Source: Batkoa obscura (taxonomy: Eukaryota). Taken from it: a stretch of 64,000 nt of DNA. Position numbers and translations under genes: made by a program. Below the pieces are notes generated by a model that was given only the letters and a program-made list of their open reading frames with translations, ran no database searches and was not told the DNA's origin. The stretch lies in NCBI GenBank assembly GCA_030770535.1, contig JASVEC010000013.1:1054001-1118000 (forward strand). The letters run 5' to 3'. Shown in pieces: positions 53,141 to 61,961 of the stretch; position 1 is the stretch's first letter, and every line of letters starts with the position of its first letter.

Positions 53141-54703
53141 TCAGTTATAATACCCATAATAACAGTCATCTTCACTTTCCTCCATAGAATGCCATTGATG
53201 TTCTCTGTAAGCTAACACACGTTTTCTTTCTTCAAATGATTGATAATCTGTACCAATAAATGGCTCTGAAATCATACTGTCCCTATTATCATAACAATGT
53301 ATAAAAGGATGTTTCAGTAGTTCAGTAGCACTAGATCTATCTTTAGGATCCGTGTGCAACGTGTGCATTAGGAAATCAGCTGCCATATAAACTACTGATG
53401 GGGTATCACTAGAATTATGACTACTTGTTAGAGATCCGGTGGAGTGATTATGATGTGAAAAGATAGAGTGACTAGGAGAATGGAAATGGGCCAAAAAGCT
53501 TTTTAGGTGAGAAATAACACTTTCCGTAGTACTACTTCTAACCATATTACCACCCAAATATTGTAAATCACAACCAGCGATATAGTGTTCTAACATAGTA
53601 CCAATTATAATTCCCGCACTATAAATATCGATTTTGGGGGTGCATAACGAATCCGTCTCAAAAACTTCAGGAGCGATGAAACCTAGATAAATGATTAGAT
53701 TTCTAAATATTAAACAACCAGTAATCTTACCTGGCGTGCCACATGATGGACAAAGGATTTTGCCATCACTAAATGTTGATAAACCAAAGTCTATTAGAAC
53801 TAAGTCACCATTCTCATCCGACATGAGATTACTAGGTGTAATATCCATATGAACGATTTGAGCTTTGTGGATGCCTTCAAGTGCCTAAAAGTTAGTTAAT
53901 GAAAATAAATGATATCTTTAGTCAGCTACTCACTTCTAATAGTTGTTTTGAATATTTTGCAACGGTTACCAAATCTATTCTTTCAAGCTTTAAAGGCTTA
54001 AGTACAGGTAATACTAAAACCTGGTGACCTTGATTGTCAGTAAAAGTATCTAACAATTGCACCACATGAGGCAAATCACGAACTGAGTTTAAAAACAAAA
54101 GTTCACGTTCAGCGTCTTTAATATTATATACTGTCTTAAAGGCGAGAGGTGAAAAATCACTTGCGCTAACTCCAAACTCGACTTTGGACATAGTTGTCTA
54201 AATAAAGATAGTTAATAAATATACATTTGATAAGGCCATAATAATCCTACCTTACGCATTGGAATAGCTTCATTGATAATGTAATCTTTTTTATGAGCTG
54301 ATATTCGACGCTCACAAGGAGCTAAATAGGCGTCAGATGTAATGTACTCATTTTTTGTTTCATCTGATGGAGTAGGGATGCCTGCAGATGAAGAAGAGAT
54401 ATCTTCTAAATAAACTGGTTAGCATATGTGCTATTTTTATTCAATTAATCCAAAACCCCAAGATAAAGTATTAACTTAAATTGAGTCTGGTTTAAGTAAA
54501 AGAGGTAAATTACCATCTGAATCCTCCTTGGCTGATAAGGGGGCAATCACAGATGGTATCCTTTTACGAGGACAATCCTTACTTAAATTACATTTGTCAT
54601 CAGAACGAGATATCATAATTGGGGAACATATCGTTTTTGAACGAAATTCTTTTTTAAATAAAGAGTTCATCATACTGTAGTTTGATTTAGAGATAAGATT
54701 CAT
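53141..54703 (-). CDS. Atypical Ser/Thr protein kinase-fold protein, about five exons
   Basis: LAFK, ERE, IVHMDITPSNL, LIDFG, CGTPG|FIAPEV, KIDIYSAG and DPKDRSSATELLKHPF, assembled across short GT-AG introns. Confidence 0.85.
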
Positions 54704-56783
54704 TAGTTGTGAATTTGAAATAAAGCTATTGATTTTATAACTGTTGATAAGATATTAACAAATAGGTAAGATTGATTGGAGTAAATAGTTAAATGAATTC
54801 TAATATTGTAAAAAATAATGTGAAAAAAAGGGAATGAGTCACAAATTTATGGGTTTAAGCTGCCAGCTTGAAGGCCTAGTGTTAAGAATTAAAATGTTAT
54901 CACAAATATATTTTTAGTTAATCTTTATTTAGCTTATGGGGATTTAGATGATTGTTTGAAATAAATTTATTACTTTTTAACATTCACTAAGTCCCTTTGA
55001 TTGGTTAAATTTGAAAATTATCCTAAAACTGTAATAAATTTGATAAGGGTTTAGACGCTTAAAGAAGAATGATCGAAAGATTAGCCAAATCTTCTATATT
55101 TAGTATCTAAGCTAAGTTTTTTGGCTTTAAAAGATCATTTTTCTAATATTAAATCAATATATAATATTTATGACATCATCTTTATCCAATAGATAGCCAC
55201 TAAATGGACTATTCTTCAAATGAACTCTTTTAAGGCCTAAAATATTACTTTAACAAGAACTTGATTATAGGCTTAATTTAAACTAATCAATCAAAGCTTT
55301 CAACTAATTTTCAAACTGATTTTAATTGATACCCCACTTTTTTCATTTCAACAAGATATTGGGTGATCATTTTGTTTAATAGATAAAGACTAGCCAATAG
55401 AATCTATAACCTTTATCTATAGGGCTATGCTTTTCATATGGGGCATATGCATCTTATATCACGATATACGTTTAGGGCTTTTCTGAGGTTTTCTTTTTTC
55501 ACTTAATTTTCTTTTCTTATCAGTAAGGTGTAAAGTCAGGCTTTAAAAATAGCACCTAATCAATTAAGGATAAACATATTTATGAAATTTGATTGGCTTT
55601 ATTTTATATCTAATGAATTTTTTGGCTTAAATGGAATTGGAATAGAAATGATTAAAAATTGCATTTTATTGGTAGACTTCAAATCAAAATTTCTTAATAT
55701 ACTAAATAAAGGATACTAAAATAATACGAATAAAACAAAACTATTAAATTTTTATTAATAAAACTATTGTAAATAAATTAGCCTAATAATCGTTAATAGT
55801 ATAATATATAATAAAACTAAATATACTACAATATACATATATTAAGTATATGGTATAAAGGTTCTAACAATGCTAATTAAATGGATTTGATTTCTTTTCG
55901 ATAAACTCAGCTATATCAAATGATTTACTATTATTCCCTTATCAAAGTTTAGGATAATTCAATCCCATGTTATTTATTACAACTACGTAATGCCATAATC
56001 CCCTACTTAATGAAATCGTGTCTTGCAATATAATTTCATTTGTCTTATTCTGCCTATTTATGTATAACTTACTTTCACTAATCAAGTAACTTTTCGACAT
56101 AAGTAAAACTTGAATAATATTTCAAATTAATGTGACTGTTTTTATCTGAATATATTTTAATAGACAAAAAAACAATATATTGTACTTTAACCAAATAGTT
56201 ATTTGTTAGATAATGTCTAGTATATTTAAATGTATTTTATATTTAATGTGATTAAAACCTTCTTAAGTTACTTGATAAATTAATAAAATGAACCTTAAAT
56301 TTTATAAACTTACACCTTTTCTCAGATTGATTTGCCTATATTATGAAATTTAAACCTCACTATTGGAAATTTAATTAGCTTTTTTAATATTCCTTCTGGT
56401 TCTAAATAACTGTCATATTTGTTAGTTGAAAATTTGGAACTGTCATACTTTAAATTTTTGAGGAGGATTTCCCAATTAAGTAATTTTAGTGCTAAATTGA
56501 ATTTTGATTCAAAAATTTTAAAATATAAAATACTAATATAACAAACTTTCTATTAATAAGTGTTTAAATATAGTCAAGTTTATATTATCATTTTGTTGCA
56601 TTTTAGTTCTTTAAAAGATCATTTGTAAAATCTATTTTTATACCAATATTAAATATTGAAAAAATAGCAGCAAAACCAGTAAAATAATATTTTTGTTATT
56701 TATAAGGTCTGTAATCGATATTAAATTATTGGCTCCTTTTATAAATGTAAGCTTGCACCTGTTATCATTAATAACCATAATAT

Positions 56784-56881
56784 AGGGGCGTTTTTTTGGC
56801 TTCATCACTTTTTCCATCTTTCAAGCGCTATTTGAGCGGAAAAATTGTTAGTAAAATTCCTAAACATAGAAATACATCCCC
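56784..56881 (+). mobile_element. ~98-bp MITE copy 15
   Basis: AGGGGCGTTTT...TACATCCCC, flanks ATAT/ATGT. Confidence 0.9.
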
Positions 56882-57093
56882 ATGTGTTTATTTTTTAAAT
56901 AAATAAATAATAATAATATTTTATTTTTAATATACTAATTAAATTTTAAAAAAATTATTAGTGAGTTTTAAATTTTAATATATACGTTTTTTTAGCTAAT
57001 AATTTTAGTTTATATTTATATTACAGTTTTAATATATTTTAAAGTGTTTTATTAATAACAATTACGTAAAAATAAATTTAAAAAAAAGCATAT

Positions 57094-57189
57094 GGGGGTA
57101 TTTTTTTTGGCTTCATCACTTTTTTCATCTTTTAAGCGCTATTTGAGCGGAAAAATTATTACTCAAGTTCTTAAACACAATACATCCCC
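57094..57189 (+). mobile_element. ~98-bp MITE copy 16
   Basis: GGGGGTATTTT...TACATCCCC, TSD ATAT/ATAT. Confidence 0.9.
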
Positions 57190-57824
57190 ATATTTTAAAA
57201 CCAATATTAAACAAATTATATAAAAAGCTTAAAACTTTTATAAACATTAAAATAATATAATCAAAAAAAAATATAACAATATTAATAAATATAATTTAAA
57301 ATGTCTTGTTTTTTATTATGTTTAATCTTTATATTATTAATAATAAAAACATTAAAGTTATTAATACTAAAATAAATCAAAATTTTATATTTATATTAAA
57401 AACTTTACATTCAAGTATTTTAAAATATAAAAATCAAAATAAAAGTTTCTATTTTATAATTTATATTAGCAGCAAATTATATAGAAGACTAATAAAAATT
57501 AAAATAACTAAAAATTAAAATAAGTTTATTAAAACTAAGCATAATAAAAAAATTTTATACTTTATATTAAAGTATTATATATAAAAAGCACGTTATTAGT
57601 TATAAGCTTTATAACTGTTTTTGCCTTTTTTGCTGAAATATGTTATTTTAAAAATGCTTATATAAATTTTAATTATTTTGTAGTTATTATTTCCAATATT
57701 ATGATTTTTTAGCTAAGCTTTTAAATAATTAGATTACTGATAAATTTTTTATTAGTTTTATTAAAACTAATTAATTAAGCTTATTTAATTAAGTAAAATG
57801 AAGCTTAATAAAAGCTTTTATTTT

Positions 57825-58392
57825 TGTAAAATTTGGTACTCAGTGGTAGGAGCTAAAAGCAGTTCTTGGTTGATTAACTTGCCTTAAGTCGAAGGGTCTT
57901 AATTTGTATAGCTAAGATAGACTTAACTTAATAGGAATAATACGTAATAAGCTATGAGCTATGCAAAACAAATAAAATAGAAGATGCTACTGTAAAATCT
58001 ACGTAAGACGTTGTCAGAAAGACTTAGTGGCTTTATTAATAGTACGATATGAGGATGTTTTTTTTTGGTTTCATTATTTTTTCCATTTTTTAAGCGCTAT
58101 TTGAGTAGAAAGGTTGTTAGTAAAATTCTTAAACAAAAAAACACATCCCCATATCAGGAAGTAATTCAGTTAAAAAGCATTGAGTTATCATGTTGAAGAA
58201 TCTCTTTTATACTCCAATAAGTATGGATATCAAAACGAGAAGATAATATTGTTTGCAATATGAAGTTGTAAATTCTCACAGCAAATCAAAATAAGGGACT
58301 CTGACTTGATTGTGTTTGAACTTGAGAACACAGCAACTTAAGTGATTGTTGTGTTATAATCAATTCGAGAACTAATAAACCAATATTTCACA
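57825..58392 (-). mobile_element. Solo LTR (reverse orientation) carrying MITE copy 17
   Basis: Reverse complement of the 465-bp LTR (ends CAATATTTCACA at 58392) plus a 104-bp insertion. Flanks ATTTT/GTGTT do not form a clean TSD. Confidence 0.9.
58051..58150 (+). mobile_element. ~98-bp MITE copy 17, nested in the solo LTR
   Basis: TSD ATAT/ATAT; the empty site with a single ATAT is visible in the 5725-6189 LTR. Confidence 0.95.
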
Positions 58393-58777
58393 GTGTTTAA
58401 AGTTTTTATAAGCAATTTCATAATAACCTGTATTTTTGATATAATTCCTTATATTTTTATATATTTATAGCATCTTTTTTTTACAATTTTAGAAAACTTT
58501 AACACCTGTTTTTTTTAATATTTTGTTCCACTTTTTTTTATTAAAATTTTGGGTTTATAATTTGAAATTCTCTGCTTTGAGTAACTAAAGCTAAAAAATC
58601 TAATAGAGATACATCAAAAAACTTAACTGGTATGTTTTTATTAAATATTAATTTTTTAATAATTTATATATATATAATAAATTCTATTAAAAATATCGTA
58701 ATTACTAAGTTTAATCTATGTTTTATTAAGTATAACTATATATTTATATTTTTTATTAGCTAAATAGCCTTTATATT

Positions 58778-58825
58778 GGGGGTGTTTTTTTTGGCTTCAT
58801 CACTTTTTCCATCTTTTAAGCGCTA
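58778..58825 (+). mobile_element. MITE copy 18, left half, interrupted by the LTR retrotransposon
   Basis: GGGGGTGTTTT...TTAAGCGCTA followed directly by the LTR start TGTGAAA. Confidence 0.92.
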
Positions 58826-59293
58826 TGTGAAATATTGCTTTATTTAGCTCTCGGATTGATTATAACGCAACAATCACTTAAGTTGCTGTGTTCTCAAGTT
58901 CAAATACAATCAAGTCAGAGTCCCTTATTTTGATTTGCTGCGAGAATTTCTAACTTCATATTGCAAGGAATAACATCCTCTCGTATTAATATCCATATTT
59001 ATTGGAGTATAAAAGAGATTCTTCAATATGATAACTCCAGGTTTTTTTTTAATTGGATTACTCCCTGATAACGTATCATTAATAAAGTCACTAAGTCTTT
59101 CTGACAACATCTGATATAGATTTTATAGTAGTATCTTCCATTGTATTTGTTTTACATAATTTGTAGCTTACTACATACTATTTCTATTAAGTTAAGTCTA
59201 CCTTAGTTATATAAACTAAGACCCTTCGACTCAAGGCAAGTTAATTAAGCAAGAGTAGCTTTTAACTTCGGCCACTAAGTATCAACTTTCACA
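58826..59293 (+). repeat. 5' LTR
   Basis: TG...CA with 7-bp terminal inverted repeat; homologous to the two solo LTRs. Confidence 0.95.
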
Positions 59294-59295
59294 CT

Positions 59296-59313
59296 TGGCG
59301 CTCATAGCTGGGA
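59296..59313 (+). promoter_or_regulatory. Primer-binding site TGGCGCTCATAGCTGGGA
   Basis: Begins with TGG 2 nt after the LTR. Its reverse complement TCCCAGCTATGAGCG-CCA has the layout of a tRNA 3' end. Confidence 0.85.
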
Positions 59314-59411
59314 AAGCTCCTATAACTACACTAGGTAGCCTTTATAGCCTTTCCTTTACGGTTCTTACCGCGTAACCACCCCAACCCTCCAATCCCCTTA
59401 ATTCACAGACT

Positions 59412-61913
59412 ATGATCAACAATAGCCTCATACCCTATTTTGCTGACTCAAGATATCTCCTTGATAACCGTCAACAATTGACTATCACTGAATATGACAT
59501 GGGTAGTAGTGATGAAGAAGAAGCTAGTGTTCTGACCCCAGAAATAGACACTGCTGCTTTAAATCAAGCTGCCCTACCTCCTCATGTTGTAAGCTCGGTC
59601 GTTACCTATGGAGCTGTTCCTATGCACGTTCTTAATGGTGATCTCTCTGCTTGGAGACAATACCAAAGTAGTAGCTCCAGTACCCAAATTACTTTTCGTG
59701 CTCAGTACCAAACGGTACCTACCCTTTCCCACGTTCAACAATATTTAGTAGAGTTCTTGCACAACAAACTCATCCAGATGGTTGGTGAACTCAACCGTCT
59801 CTCAACTCACAATAATGAATTGTCTACCTCTTTAAGCTCGCTTCTAGGTACGGTTAATAATCTCTCCATGGTCATCAACCAAAACAATGATGTCATCACC
59901 CCATCAAATGAATTCCATACCAGTAAGTTTAATGAATTCAACCAAAGGCTCAATGATACTGTTAGTTATGAAGTATATAGAGATTTGGCAAGAGAAGTAG
60001 GAGACTTCAAGGCTGAATTGCATCAGCTTGATACTGCCTTACATTCCGAACTCATTAAGATCTCTGACGAGATCAACCTTTCCCTCACTGAGATCAATGA
60101 CCATACTGCTCAAAGGATCTCAGATATCGACGGAAAAGTGAAAATCACTTTTGCAGAACTTAATAGATCGTTGATGACTAGATTCACCGAGTATAATCAT
60201 CGTTTATCCTATGTTGAGCAATCCCCTGCGTCTGCATCAGCCAAAGATGCCAGAATCTTGGCTTTAGAACAAGATTTAGCTGCTTGTAATGTACAACTGA
60301 CTCAACAAGTGACCACCATTAGCCAGCTCATCACTTCCAATAATAATTTGAAGGAACAAATTAGATTAGATAAAGAGCAGTCAGCGGCTGACTGGGAAGA
60401 AATTTCGCGTAATATACAGAGTACCAAGGAAGAGCTTATTATTCTTCAAACTAAGGTAGCTTCCAATACCAGCCAAATCAAGGCATCTTCTTGTAATTGT
60501 AGAAAGGAACGTATCGCTGTTTCAGCACCTCACTCCAGACTCTCGACTTATAGAGATGTTCCGAGATATAATATGTATGATCTAGGTGATGGTACCACAG
60601 AATCTATTCTTGACACTGAATATCAAATGAACCCTAAGTATCGTGGTTCTATTCACTTGGTACAACCGGATGATCAACCCAAGAAAGGAGAAAGTCCACC
60701 TCAATTACTTCCTAGAATGACCACTGCACCTACTGATGGTATTTACTCAAGAAACCCTGCTACAGGATCTAATGCTGAGCCAATAAGATCTCATGTACAA
60801 CCCTATGCTGAAGTTAACCTGGACAATCCTTTTAACAATAGTAACAAAAACAAGTTGCCATATATTGCTCCAAAAATCACTCAACATGTACCCTATGAGC
60901 AATCTTCATCTCACTACGTACAACCCGAGCGGATTCCTGTTCAAAATAACTATGGTATATCACATAATAATCATGACGCCTATTATGGCCATCCTGGACC
61001 TTCTGGTAACAATCTAAACCCGCATAGCTTCTCAACATACCCCCACAATTATCCGAGAAGCTCCCAACCCGTTAATACCAAGTTTAATTTTAGTCTCCTA
61101 TTCAATCCAAATGAAATCACTGCTACTACTTTCATCAAAGCGCTAGAAGTTCATCTTGATGCCAACAATTGGACCTACGAGTGTCGCCCTCAATGTCTCT
61201 TAGGTCAGCTTCAAACAAACGAGCTTTCCTGGTGTATGACCCTACCTGATGACTTACGCAGTAACTGGAACTCTTTTAAAAAGGCATTCATAGATCACTA
61301 TGATTCCGATGTAAAAATGGAAGCAAAAAAGGCAGCCCTTTTATCTTTACGACTAGACGATGAAAGCAAACTTGAAAATTACATTGCAAACGTAAAAAAT
61401 CGTGCTAATGCTTTAATTTCCTGTGGGAAGTTAAGCGTTACAGACCTCCGCCTGGCCTTCCAACGAAACCTTCCAAGTCACATCGCACGTCTTTTTCTAG
61501 ACCCTCATCATAATATCACCAATATTACTCAGATGATAGAGATTTTAGAGCTATACCTCGGAAGTCCAAAAAGCGAAGTTAAATCCAAGAAACTATACGT
61601 TAATCATATAGATAAAGAAACGGACAACAACGAATATCTTCATTGCTTTGCCATTACACAACAGCACTACTCCAACCATCGTAAATCTCGAGTATTTACT
61701 GGATGCTGGAACTGTGGTGAACATGGACATATTGCCGTCAATTGTATTGAACCAAAGCCAGAAAATGGTATTTTTAAATATTACTTTGAAAAAAATGTTC
61801 GCAATAGTAAACATTTTAACAAAAATAAACAAGTTAATCACCTCAATTATAATTATAATGATGGTGACACTGAAAAGTTTGTTGACCCCAACAGCGAGTC
61901 AAAAAACTTCTAA
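59412..61913 (+). CDS. gag: Gag (833 aa) with N-terminal coiled coil, capsid-like region and CCHC zinc knuckle
   Basis: W..FKKAFIDHY capsid-like motif and CWNCGEHGHIAVNC knuckle; lies directly after the PBS. Confidence 0.92.
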   Translation: MINNSLIPYFADSRYLLDNRQQLTITEYDMGSSDEEEASVLTPEIDTAALNQAALPPHVVSSVVTYGAVPMHVLNGDLSAWRQYQSSSSSTQITFRAQYQTVPTLSHVQQYLVEFLHNKLIQMVGELNRLSTHNNELSTSLSSLLGTVNNLSMVINQNNDVITPSNEFHTSKFNEFNQRLNDTVSYEVYRDLAREVGDFKAELHQLDTALHSELIKISDEINLSLTEINDHTAQRISDIDGKVKITFAELNRSLMTRFTEYNHRLSYVEQSPASASAKDARILALEQDLAACNVQLTQQVTTISQLITSNNNLKEQIRLDKEQSAADWEEISRNIQSTKEELIILQTKVASNTSQIKASSCNCRKERIAVSAPHSRLSTYRDVPRYNMYDLGDGTTESILDTEYQMNPKYRGSIHLVQPDDQPKKGESPPQLLPRMTTAPTDGIYSRNPATGSNAEPIRSHVQPYAEVNLDNPFNNSNKNKLPYIAPKITQHVPYEQSSSHYVQPERIPVQNNYGISHNNHDAYYGHPGPSGNNLNPHSFSTYPHNYPRSSQPVNTKFNFSLLFNPNEITATTFIKALEVHLDANNWTYECRPQCLLGQLQTNELSWCMTLPDDLRSNWNSFKKAFIDHYDSDVKMEAKKAALLSLRLDDESKLENYIANVKNRANALISCGKLSVTDLRLAFQRNLPSHIARLFLDPHHNITNITQMIEILELYLGSPKSEVKSKKLYVNHIDKETDNNEYLHCFAITQQHYSNHRKSRVFTGCWNCGEHGHIAVNCIEPKPENGIFKYYFEKNVRNSKHFNKNKQVNHLNYNYNDGDTEKFVDPNSESKNF

Positions 61914-61961
61914 GTGGGAGGGTAAATGAGGATCCCCCTTCCACGAAATCAAAAATTCCTC
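61901..61961 (+). promoter_or_regulatory. Candidate -1 programmed ribosomal frameshift signal (A AAA AAC plus stem-loop/pseudoknot)
   Basis: Slippery heptamer 61901-61907 in the gag frame, 6-nt spacer, stem GTGGGAGGG/CCCTTCCAC; pol is in the -1 frame. Confidence 0.8.

Noticed and set aside
57825..59293. The two adjacent LTRs as the ends of one element or a TIR transposon
   Set aside because: They are inverted, flank only AT-rich filler, and the right LTR has its own PBS and gag and interrupts a MITE
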